Below, in pieces: positions 1 through 8,598 of a DNA stretch of 64,000 nt. The translations under genes and the position numbers were made by a program. The DNA comes from a bacterium (GTDB lineage Bacteria > Patescibacteriota > Dojkabacteria > JAOAGR01 > JBAXGO01). Each line of letters starts with the position of its first letter. Position 1 is the stretch's first letter. Location of the stretch: positions 4,503 through 68,502 of the forward strand of contig JBAXGO010000001.1 of NCBI GenBank assembly GCA_037139335.1, in the 5' to 3' direction. The notes below the pieces were generated by a model. That model saw nothing but the letters and a program-made list of their open reading frames with translations. It was not told where the DNA came from and searched no databases.

Positions 1-1105
1 TGGTGTTTTGCCAAGAGTTCATGGATCTGCAATTTTTAATAGAGGTGAAACGCAGGTACTTAGTGTTGTTACATTGGGTTCTTCTAGATTAGAACAAATC
101 GTAGAGGGATTGGAAGGTGAGGGCACAAAAAGATATATGCATCACTACAATTTTCCTCAATTTTCCGTCGGTGAAGTTGATAGAAAATTTGGAATGGCAA
201 ATAGACGTGCAATCGGTCACGGAATTATTGGTGAAAAATCAATTTTACAAGTTCTTCCTGGTGAAGATAATTTCAAATATACAGTCAGAGTTGTCTCAGA
301 GGTTTTGGGCTCCAATGGTTCTACCTCAATGGCAGCCACATGTGGCTCTATGCTTGCTCTTCTAGATGCAGGTGTAAAATTAGAAGAACAAATTGCAGGT
401 ATATCCATGGGTTTGATTTATGAAGGAAATGGTAAATATGTCCTATTTACAGATATTATTGGTGATGAAGATCATTATGGTGATATGGATTTCAAGATTA
501 CAGGAACTAGAGATGGTTGGACTGCAATTCAGCTAGATAATAAACTTCAGGGAATTCCTGTTGAAATTTTGATAGAAGCTGTTGCTCAATCAAAGAAGAC
601 TAGAATACAAATACTTGATTATTTATTAACAGTTATCAATGCACCTAGAGAAGAACTTTCTCAATTTGCGCCAAGAATTACTACAATTAAAATTAATCCA
701 TCGAAAATTGGTGATGTTATTGGTCCTGGTGGTAAAGTAATTAAAGAAATTATTGCTCAATCAGGAGCCGAAATTGATATTGAAGATGATGGTTCAGTAA
801 ATATTGCTGCTTCATCAGAAGAAGCCTCAAAGAAGGCCATTGTTTTAATCAAAGAGGCTTTAAACGAAGTTGAACCGGGAACAATACTAGATGCAGTTAT
901 AAAAAGAGTTGAAACATATGGTGCATTTATCGAAGTAAATCGAAATTTTGGAGGACTTGTACATGTTTCACAATTGAGTGATGAATTTGTAAAAAATGCA
1001 GCAGATATTGTTAAAATTGGTGATAAAGTTAAAGTAAGATATGATGGCACTGATGAACAGGGAAGACATAATTTCTCGATGAAAGGTTTGGGATTAGCTA
1101 AGTAA
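1..1105 (+). CDS. pnp: Polyribonucleotide nucleotidyltransferase (PNPase), 5'-truncated by window edge
   Basis: RNase PH-2 motifs (HGSAIFNRGETQ, SNGSTSMA, DHYGDMDFK), KH domain (IGPGGKVIK), C-terminal S1. Confidence 0.97.
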   Translation, partial: GVLPRVHGSAIFNRGETQVLSVVTLGSSRLEQIVEGLEGEGTKRYMHHYNFPQFSVGEVDRKFGMANRRAIGHGIIGEKSILQVLPGEDNFKYTVRVVSEVLGSNGSTSMAATCGSMLALLDAGVKLEEQIAGISMGLIYEGNGKYVLFTDIIGDEDHYGDMDFKITGTRDGWTAIQLDNKLQGIPVEILIEAVAQSKKTRIQILDYLLTVINAPREELSQFAPRITTIKINPSKIGDVIGPGGKVIKEIIAQSGAEIDIEDDGSVNIAASSEEASKKAIVLIKEALNEVEPGTILDAVIKRVETYGAFIEVNRNFGGLVHVSQLSDEFVKNAADIVKIGDKVKVRYDGTDEQGRHNFSMKGLGLAK

Positions 1106-1143
1106 AGTATGACAGAAAAACATGCATATGATATTATTTTCGC

Positions 1144-1539
1144 ATGAAAAGTAATTTAAACAAAAAAATAAGTAATTTATTAGTATCTGCTGTTGTAATA
1201 TTCTTCACAGCAGCAGATATTGTTCAGGCTAAATGCGGTATTGTCGCAGATCCTTTGGACCCAAATTGTACAGGTACTCCATCACTTGGCGATTTGGTTG
1301 GAGGATTTATTCCGTTTATTCCTATCGCAGTTGGTGTATTATTATTTGGAATGATAACCGTTGGAGCAGTTCAGATTACTATTGCTGGTCCAAATGATGA
1401 AGCTAAGAAAAAAGGAATTCAAACTATTCAAAATGCCATTGTTGGTGCTGTAATATTGTTTGTTTCAGTAGGCATAGTTTCATTAATTGAAGCTATTTTT
1501 GGTGTCAAACTTTTATATGGAGTAAATATTGGAAAATGA
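1144..1539 (+). CDS. VirB2/TrbC-like (CPR-type) pilin, paralog 1a
   Basis: Signal peptide ending VQA, Cys pair, two hydrophobic helices linked by G..EAKKKGIQTIQNAIVG. Confidence 0.7.
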   Translation: MKSNLNKKISNLLVSAVVIFFTAADIVQAKCGIVADPLDPNCTGTPSLGDLVGGFIPFIPIAVGVLLFGMITVGAVQITIAGPNDEAKKKGIQTIQNAIVGAVILFVSVGIVSLIEAIFGVKLLYGVNIGK

Positions 1540-1937
1540 TTAAAAAAAATATACAAAAATTTAGTTTAATGTTTTTTTCTTTATTCCTTCTATCATCTAA
1601 TGTTTTTGCCGATTCGGATTGTGTGAAAAATAACCAAGTCCCTTCGCTTTGGGATCCGAATTGTACTGGCAAAACACCATCTATTGGCGATATTATCGCA
1701 GGAATTGTCCCAATAATTCCTACCTTAGTAGGTGCTTTACTTTTTGGTGTACTAATTTGGGGTGGAATTCAGATTTTTAGTGCGAATGCCAATGAAGAGG
1801 CCAAGAAAAAAGGCATCAAAACTATACAAAATGCTATTACAGGAATTGTATTACTCTTTTTATCAATTGCAATTATTACAATTATTGAATCAATACTAGG
1901 TCAAAAAATATTATTTGGTGTCTTTGTAAATAAATAA
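1536..1937 (+). CDS. VirB2/TrbC-like pilin, paralog 1b
   Basis: Signal peptide ending VFA; DPNCTG..PS.GD and EEAKKKGIKTIQNAITG shared with the upstream gene; ATGA overlap. Confidence 0.7.
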   Translation: MIKKNIQKFSLMFFSLFLLSSNVFADSDCVKNNQVPSLWDPNCTGKTPSIGDIIAGIVPIIPTLVGALLFGVLIWGGIQIFSANANEEAKKKGIKTIQNAITGIVLLFLSIAIITIIESILGQKILFGVFVNK

Positions 1938-1943
1938 AGATTT

Positions 1944-2720
1944 ATGAAAGTTTATAAAAATATAATCAAATTAAGTATATTTTTAATATTACTCTTTTCT
2001 TCATTTAATTTCGCATTTGCTGCTCCAGTGCCAACTACTACTACAGTTACTCCTATGCAATATGCGAAAACAACTCCATGTCCTAGAGTTGGTACTACAA
2101 ATAGTTCTGGAAGTGTTGTTACATACGATGAATACGAAAAATGTCTTGAAATTGAAAGTGGTGCAAATAAAATAAATGCGAGTGGTTTTTTTCCCAATTT
2201 TAATTTTAACGATATTATAGGTGTTGTAACTACAATATTATTAGCTTTACTAGTAATAATTTTAACATTCAAAATAGTGCTTGCCGCTTTTAAATGGGCA
2301 AATAATGATGGTCAAGATAAGAATAAGAAAGATGCTATTAAAAGTATTAGTAATGGAATTGTTGGTTTGATAATATCTTTTTCAGCTTATTTCGTTATAA
2401 TTATTATAAGAGGCTTTTTCAATATCGACACTCAGTTGATACAGTGTAGTAACCTGTATTTTAAAAATGCTACGTCTTATGAAAATAATTCTAGTGCTGC
2501 ATCGATAACGACATCAGAGTCAGAATTCAAAAAATGCATAGATTTAGCTGGTAAAACTAATGTATTATCAGATAGCACAAAATATTCTGGTTTTATATCA
2601 AATATTCAAAAAAATTGTTCACCAAAATATTATGAATATTTATCTTCTACAAAGGAAATAAAGGTTTATGATAATCAGAAACTTAATCAATGTTTTGCTG
2701 ATGAATTGAAAAAATTATGA
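1944..2720 (+). CDS. Pilin-like protein with C-terminal Cys-containing domain, paralog 2a
   Basis: Signal peptide, TM-KWANNDGQDKNKKDAIKSISNGIVG-TM core, C-terminal domain with 4 Cys. Confidence 0.65.
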   Translation: MKVYKNIIKLSIFLILLFSSFNFAFAAPVPTTTTVTPMQYAKTTPCPRVGTTNSSGSVVTYDEYEKCLEIESGANKINASGFFPNFNFNDIIGVVTTILLALLVIILTFKIVLAAFKWANNDGQDKNKKDAIKSISNGIVGLIISFSAYFVIIIIRGFFNIDTQLIQCSNLYFKNATSYENNSSAASITTSESEFKKCIDLAGKTNVLSDSTKYSGFISNIQKNCSPKYYEYLSSTKEIKVYDNQKLNQCFADELKKL

Positions 2721-3418
2721 AAAAAATAAGTAAATTTATAATAATATTATTAACATCTTTTACATTAGTAAATATTGTTTCTGCGGCTACTCCTTGTCCT
2801 GCAGGAGATCAATCAGCAGATTGTGTCTCAAATGGCTTTGGTTTTGATGCAATAGATCTTAGAAGATTCTTTCCAAGTTTATCTTTTAATGATGTAATTT
2901 CTAGTACGGCAACGATTATTTTAATAGGATTGGTGATATTATTTGGTTTTAGAATAATTCTTGCAGGTTTCAAATGGGTTAATAATGACGGTCAGGATAA
3001 AAGTAAAAAAGATGCATTGAAAGGAATTATTAATGGAGTTGTTGGTATTGCGATTACATTTTCAGCATATTTTATAGTTTTATTCGTAAGGTCTTTGACA
3101 GCTGGTAATGATCAGCTTGTAAATTGTGCTAATCTTTATTATCGTGATACCAATTCATACATTACTAATTATAATGCTGGGGTGGCAGATACTTTTGGAA
3201 ATGCATCAGAAGAATTTACAAGGTGTATGAAGTTAGCTGGCTGGGCAGATACACTATCTGCTAGTGGAAAATTTAGTACTTTTACCACGAATCTAGATAA
3301 TAATTGCAAACAATATCTTACTTCGTCTCCAAACTCGAGTGGAATTGTGAAAGGGATTGAGATTAAAGATAAAAATAATTTACAACAATGTTTTGTTAAT
3401 GAACTAAAGAAATTATGA
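2717..3418 (+). CDS. Pilin-like protein, paralog 2b
   Basis: KWVNNDGQDKSKKDALKGIINGVVG core; same Cys pattern and QCF..ELKKL end as 2a. Confidence 0.65.
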   Translation: MKKISKFIIILLTSFTLVNIVSAATPCPAGDQSADCVSNGFGFDAIDLRRFFPSLSFNDVISSTATIILIGLVILFGFRIILAGFKWVNNDGQDKSKKDALKGIINGVVGIAITFSAYFIVLFVRSLTAGNDQLVNCANLYYRDTNSYITNYNAGVADTFGNASEEFTRCMKLAGWADTLSASGKFSTFTTNLDNNCKQYLTSSPNSSGIVKGIEIKDKNNLQQCFVNELKKL

Positions 3419-4104
3419 AAATAAAATCAATAAAATATATTTCCATTGTATCGTTAGGTTTGCTCGGGGCTTCTAGTATTTCAAATGCAGAAACGACTAC
3501 TTGCAAAGATAGTTTTGCTCCGAAGTTTATATGTGAAAAATTCGCAGATATTACTACAAATTTCACATTTGGTTCAGTGCTTGATATGTTTTTTTCTATA
3601 GCTATTGCGGCACTTGTTGTTTTTATCTTATTTCAAATTGTGAAGGCAATCTTCAAATGGGTCTCTAAATCTGGTGATGAAAAAGAACGATCAGGGGCAA
3701 TTAAATCAATCTCAAATGCAGTTGCCGCAGGTATTGCTTTATTAGTTCTATTATTCGTAGTCCCATTATTTACTGATTTATTAAATATTGGTGGTAAACC
3801 AAATCCAGCGTATGTCTGTTATTCGGCTACAAGTTCTACTATGACACAGGCTAATATAGATCAGGAGACAGGTGCCTTGAATTCTGGTGTTAGTGCTTCT
3901 GAATTATCTGGAGGCATCGCATATGAAGGCAAAGCAAAAGGCGGAACTAAGAATAATAAAACAGCAGATTTTATAACTTTAACTGCGGATAATAAAGACA
4001 CAGTGGATTTTTTGAGCACAAAAATGTATTGCAAGGACAAAGATACTGGTGATGAGTATAAAGATGGATATGTTGTTTTGAAGAGAGTTGGGATCAAAAA
4101 GTAG
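3415..4104 (+). CDS. Pilin-like protein, paralog 3a
   Basis: Signal peptide, KWVSKSGDEKERSGAIKSISNAV core between two TM helices, C-terminal Cys pair. Confidence 0.65.
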   Translation: MKIKSIKYISIVSLGLLGASSISNAETTTCKDSFAPKFICEKFADITTNFTFGSVLDMFFSIAIAALVVFILFQIVKAIFKWVSKSGDEKERSGAIKSISNAVAAGIALLVLLFVVPLFTDLLNIGGKPNPAYVCYSATSSTMTQANIDQETGALNSGVSASELSGGIAYEGKAKGGTKNNKTADFITLTADNKDTVDFLSTKMYCKDKDTGDEYKDGYVVLKRVGIKK

Positions 4105-4175
4105 TCAAATAGTGTATGGTATTGTATAATTAATGCTTTAGTTTTAATATATCTTAATTAATTTTTTACATATAT

Positions 4176-4865
4176 ATGAATAAGAATAGTATAAAGTATT
4201 CTGTAGCCGCAGGAGCTGTTTTAGTAGCTAGTACATCTGTTGCTCATGCTGAAGATATTAGTTGTGATGGTTCATTGGTTCCTCAAGTCTGCAAAATATT
4301 CGCAGGAGCAGGAAGTTTCTCAGTAAGTGGTATATTACAGTCAGTTTTTGCTGTAGTTATTGCTATACTCGTCATTTTTATATTATTCCAAATTGTCAAA
4401 GCCGTATTTGATTGGGTTGGCAAATCAGGTGATGAAAAAGCAAGAAGTGCTGCAATCAAATCAATTACAAATGCAGTAGTTGCAGGTATCGTATTATTAG
4501 TTGCAATCTTGATTGTTGTTGTAGGATCAAGTCTTTTGAACATTGGTACACCAGCCGTTAATTATGTTTGTGTTGCTTCATCAACTCTTCCTAGCGGAGC
4601 CGCAAATCTAACGGCAAGAGGTACATTACTTTCTGGCAATTTGAAAGAACTTCCTGATGTACAAGCTCAAGAAGGAGCAGGCGTAAACAATAAATGGAAT
4701 GAAGGTTCTGCTTATGATAAATATATTAAAGGAACTACTGGGGCTGATGAGGACGTAGTCTCAGCATTAAAGAAAGTAAAATGTGTTCAGACATCTGGTG
4801 AAAGTAGTGGTAAAGAATATTCACCTAATTACTGGGTTGTTGCTAAAGTAGGTTTGAAAAAGTAA
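4176..4865 (+). CDS. Pilin-like protein, paralog 3b
   Basis: AHA signal cleavage site; DWVGKSGDEKARSAAIKSITNAV core; same length (229 aa) and similar C-terminus as 3a. Confidence 0.65.
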   Translation: MNKNSIKYSVAAGAVLVASTSVAHAEDISCDGSLVPQVCKIFAGAGSFSVSGILQSVFAVVIAILVIFILFQIVKAVFDWVGKSGDEKARSAAIKSITNAVVAGIVLLVAILIVVVGSSLLNIGTPAVNYVCVASSTLPSGAANLTARGTLLSGNLKELPDVQAQEGAGVNNKWNEGSAYDKYIKGTTGADEDVVSALKKVKCVQTSGESSGKEYSPNYWVVAKVGLKK

Positions 4866-4878
4866 ATTAAGTCTTTTT

Positions 4879-4920
4879 AATAGGTCTTGTACTGAGAGGT
4901 ATGAGACCTATTTGTTTTTT
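4879..4920 (+). terminator. Intrinsic terminator after the pilin array
   Basis: AATAGGTCTTGTAC-loop-GTATGAGACCTATT followed by a T-tract. Confidence 0.8.
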
Positions 4921-4969
4921 ATCGCAACTTATTTTATTATTCTAAAGATAACTAAACTGTCAAAATTAA

Positions 4970-6817
4970 ATGTTCAAACGTTTTAATGCCCAAAACGCTG
5001 ATGGAGAGCTGTATACTGCTTTGGATTTTTCTGGTTCAAATGCTTTTTTGTATTTTGCAAAAGATGGAGATATATCTATCTTGCGAAAATTTATTCAATT
5101 AAGCTGGGCTAGTACTTCTGAAGATGGTCTATCGCTAACACTAAATCTTAATTCGAGTGATCATACTATTTCTTCCACTCCTGATAATATTTATTTAGAT
5201 GAAAATGTTGCCAAAATTAGTGCCATGGAATCCTTTTATGGTATTGGATATTCGGATTATTCTAAATTATTTGTTATCACATATACACAGCTTTTGAATC
5301 TTGAACTAGGACGAATTCCTTTTCAACAATATTTAAATAGGTATGTCTTTCATAAACCAGATTCCAAATCTTATTATTCACCAGTTGAAGATATTTTTTA
5401 TGATATTGAGCAAGCCAGAAAATATAGTGGTGATAATTCAGCATCAACATTAAAAAAAGAAAAAAATGATATTTCTGAAAAATCTGAAATTTTAAGAAAA
5501 AAAATTAAAGATTTAGAAAATATAAATTTGGATAATGATATAGATGTAAATATTGATGAAAAAATAAATAATCTTGAAAAAAAATTAGGAGATCAAAAAA
5601 AACAAGATGAGTATGTTGGCCGTAAAGAAGTTTTGGTAGAAGAATTAAAAAGTATTAATGAAAAAATAAAACAATACGAGGTAGCTCTTAACAAAGTTTC
5701 AAAAGTTGATATTGATATGGTGAAATACAATAACTTTATGAGGTTAAATGTTCAGAGAGTAGAGAATGACTTATCTATGTTTCTATATCGTATTCGAGAA
5801 AGAGAAAAAGTCCTTTCAGATTTAGCTAATATCCATGTACAGTATCAAGCCTCTGATTCAAAACATTTGGCATATCTTCCGTTTATTATATTATTAATAA
5901 TATCTATAAGTGTTGGATTGACATTGAGCTTTATAGCAGATCCATTTGTTGGTGCTGTTTTAGGATCGATAATGTTAGTCTTAAGTTTGTTCTTTCTAAT
6001 ATTTTTCAAATCTTCTGGCAAAGTAAAGCCAAATGAATTAAGCCGAGATAAAGTATCGGCTATTGCAAATGAAATAGATGCTTTGAAATCAGCCAAGCAA
6101 AGGTATCTTCAAAATATGGGCTTTCAAAACGAAGATGATTATTTTGCTACGAAAGCACTTGTTAGAGCTTTGTTATTTCAAAAGGAAAATGATTTAGCCA
6201 AAATTCATGAGAAATTTGAAGGTAAAGAACTTAGTGATTATAAATATTTATATTCAGAAAAAAATAAAAAAATAGTAGATTTGCAGATTGAGATTGATAA
6301 ATTTGGGCCTATAATTTCTCCCGAAGAATATATTAGGAAAAAACGAGAGCTAGATATGCTCAAATTAGAAAAATCAGCAACTATTACTAATTATTCAGTT
6401 GAAGATAATTCCAAACAAATTGAAGAGCTTAAAAGAGAACTTGATACACTTCTTACGTCAAACAATGGAAATCTAGTAAATAATCCACTCGATGTTTATT
6501 TACGAATATTGCGAGAATATTTCGAAGATGAAAATATTCAGGCAAATAATGAGTATGTTCTTGATAATAAACAAATTAATTCATATGAAGAAAAGGTCGA
6601 GATGTTAATTATTCAAAGATATGCATATTTGATGTCCAATTTTCCTGATTCAAATCTTCCTATTTATCTAGAAGATCCTTTTGCTGGTGTCGAAAATAAA
6701 AATATTATCAATAAAATAATTAATTTTTGTTCAAAAAATAAACAAGTTATTCTAATATCTGAACATGATAATTATAAAGATTTAGGATTGAAAGTTTTAA
6801 ATCTTTCTTCTAATTAA
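4970..6817 (+). CDS. SMC/YhaN-like coiled-coil membrane protein with degenerate ABC-ATPase C-terminus
   Basis: Long coiled coils flanking two central TM helices; C-terminal LPIYLEDPF (Walker B-like) and QVILISEH (H-loop-like); no Walker A. Confidence 0.55.
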   Translation: MFKRFNAQNADGELYTALDFSGSNAFLYFAKDGDISILRKFIQLSWASTSEDGLSLTLNLNSSDHTISSTPDNIYLDENVAKISAMESFYGIGYSDYSKLFVITYTQLLNLELGRIPFQQYLNRYVFHKPDSKSYYSPVEDIFYDIEQARKYSGDNSASTLKKEKNDISEKSEILRKKIKDLENINLDNDIDVNIDEKINNLEKKLGDQKKQDEYVGRKEVLVEELKSINEKIKQYEVALNKVSKVDIDMVKYNNFMRLNVQRVENDLSMFLYRIREREKVLSDLANIHVQYQASDSKHLAYLPFIILLIISISVGLTLSFIADPFVGAVLGSIMLVLSLFFLIFFKSSGKVKPNELSRDKVSAIANEIDALKSAKQRYLQNMGFQNEDDYFATKALVRALLFQKENDLAKIHEKFEGKELSDYKYLYSEKNKKIVDLQIEIDKFGPIISPEEYIRKKRELDMLKLEKSATITNYSVEDNSKQIEELKRELDTLLTSNNGNLVNNPLDVYLRILREYFEDENIQANNEYVLDNKQINSYEEKVEMLIIQRYAYLMSNFPDSNLPIYLEDPFAGVENKNIINKIINFCSKNKQVILISEHDNYKDLGLKVLNLSSN

Positions 6818-7677
6818 AGATTCTTCAAAACAATTTGAGTCTTTGGGGTTGTTTTTCCTTTCTTAATCTTTGTATACTTGATGGTGCTGGAAAGGTTCTT
6901 GTGGCCAACTATTTGTGATAGTTTCAAAATATTTTCACCGTTTTTAATATGGTGATATATAAAAGTATTTCGAAGATCGTTGACTGTTGCATTCGTTATC
7001 TTGGCTTTTTTCATTGCTCGGCTGATATATGTGCGAGCGTTTCTTATGATAATTGGTTTCCCTGCTTTAGTGACAAAAACATAACTGTTCTTCTGTGTAT
7101 TTGGTCTGACATCAAAATACATTGAGATTGCATCAGTTGCTGCTGAATTTAATGGAACTGTACGAGATGGGGTGCTTTCATTTTTTTCGATTCTTACTGC
7201 ATAAGGTTTCGTTTTAGATTTATAGCATATATCGCTAACTTTTAGCCTACATAATTCTCCAATTCTAATGCCAGTTTGTAAAAGAAGTTCTATCATTGCA
7301 TAAGTTCTAATATCTTTCAAACAAGAATTCCTAAGCTTAGTATATTCTTCTTTTGTTAAATATCTAGGAGCTTTTTCTTTAATTTTTGGATGATGTATGT
7401 TTTCTGAAGGATCTTTTTTAATATAATTTTGCTCCTTCATATGTTTGAAGAATGACCGTATACTGTTTATTTTTCTTGAAATACTTTTTAAATCGTAGTT
7501 TGCTTTTTTTAAAATTGCAATGTATTTTTTTATTCCATCTTCATCTACATCTTTCAATTTAAGTACTTGTAGCGTGGTGAATAATTGTTCAATGTCTTTT
7601 ACATACGCTTGTACAGTATATGCGGATTTTCCGTTCTCTTCTAGAAAGTTTTTATATTTGTTTATATAAGTCTTCAC
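6814..7677 (-). CDS. Tyrosine recombinase, XerC/XerD family
   Basis: SAM-like N-domain (YTVQAYVKDI, RKINSIRSFF), TGIRIGEL, NDLRNTF, VGHKNLSSTIKY. Confidence 0.88.
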   Translation of the reverse strand: MKTYINKYKNFLEENGKSAYTVQAYVKDIEQLFTTLQVLKLKDVDEDGIKKYIAILKKANYDLKSISRKINSIRSFFKHMKEQNYIKKDPSENIHHPKIKEKAPRYLTKEEYTKLRNSCLKDIRTYAMIELLLQTGIRIGELCRLKVSDICYKSKTKPYAVRIEKNESTPSRTVPLNSAATDAISMYFDVRPNTQKNSYVFVTKAGKPIIIRNARTYISRAMKKAKITNATVNDLRNTFIYHHIKNGENILKLSQIVGHKNLSSTIKYTKIKKGKTTPKTQIVLKNL

Positions 7678-7739
7678 TTTATGTTATTCTATGATACTAA
7701 TTTATGTAGTAAGTGATTCTATCACATAATGTATAGGAT

Positions 7740-8159
7740 ATGAACAAAAATCATAAGGATTATACACAATTTATCAAATCTTCAAAAGGGTTGAAATCAA
7801 TTCTTATGTTTATAGTCTTCCTAATTTTGTTTAGTGGACTAGCTGTATTTCTAGTTGTTCAATATAATCAAACAGTATCAAAAAGCAATCAACTTCAAAT
7901 ATTAGAAAATGAACTAAAAGCTGAAAAACAGAGAAATGACGAGCTAAAATTACAGAAAGAAGACGTTAAATCTGATACATATATTGAAAAAGAAGCAAGA
8001 AATAAACTAGGATATTCATATCCAAATGAAAATTTATATATACTAAAAAAAATTGTCGATAGTTCTGTTTCACCAATTGAAAGTAATCCTGTATTATCAT
8101 TAGCTCAGGAAAATAAATCTCCAATTCAGAAATGGATGGATCTAATATTTGGACAATAG
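7740..8159 (+). CDS. Septum formation initiator, FtsB/DivIC family
   Basis: TM helix plus coiled coil plus YIEKEARNKLGY..PNE. Confidence 0.88.
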   Translation: MNKNHKDYTQFIKSSKGLKSILMFIVFLILFSGLAVFLVVQYNQTVSKSNQLQILENELKAEKQRNDELKLQKEDVKSDTYIEKEARNKLGYSYPNENLYILKKIVDSSVSPIESNPVLSLAQENKSPIQKWMDLIFGQ

Positions 8160-8195
8160 AGCATAATTTGGTATAATCCCGAGTGCATGTAAATA

Positions 8196-8270
8196 CGCGG
8201 GGTAGAGCAGTGGCAGCTCGTCAGGCTCATAACCTGAAGGTCGTTGGTTCGAATCCAACCCCCGCAACCA
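8196..8270 (+). tRNA. tRNA-fMet (CAT), initiator
   Basis: Cloverleaf, C1:A72 mismatch, anticodon loop CTCATAA, encoded CCA. Confidence 0.95.
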
Positions 8271-8432
8271 TTATTCCTCAGAATCAATTTTCAATAAAAT
8301 TACTTATTCAATTCGTTTATTAATATTGGAACTGCCAATTATAAAAATATTCAGTATCTAATCTTTTATAACTTAAAAAATTCTCGATAAATTGTAGATA
8401 GACCATTATTTTTATGTTAAAATACCCCTGCT

Positions 8433-8505
8433 GGCGACGTAGCTCAGGGGTTAGAGCATTGGACTCATAAGCCAAGGGTCGGTGGTTCAAATCCACCCGT
8501 CGTCA
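8433..8505 (+). tRNA. tRNA-Met (CAT), probably elongator (Ile2 not excluded)
   Basis: GGCGACG/CGTCGTC acceptor stem, anticodon loop CTCATAA, TTCAAAT T-loop; CCA not encoded. Confidence 0.88.
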
Positions 8506-8598
8506 CTTTAGAAAACTTTAACCTAGCTGTCTTCGTACTTTATAAGCTAATATTGTAGAATTCTTGATGGCTCTTTTTACTTTAACATTGAAATTATT

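Noticed and set aside
1144-4865. CRISPR array, DGR or shufflon explanation for the repeated pilin sequences
   Set aside because: Similarity is protein-level paralogy with synonymous divergence; no identical spaced repeats, no reverse transcriptase, no inverted cassettes
8196-8505. Integrative element at tRNA-Met using the nearby tyrosine recombinase
   Set aside because: No duplicated tRNA 3' end seen, and ftsB separates the recombinase from the tRNA
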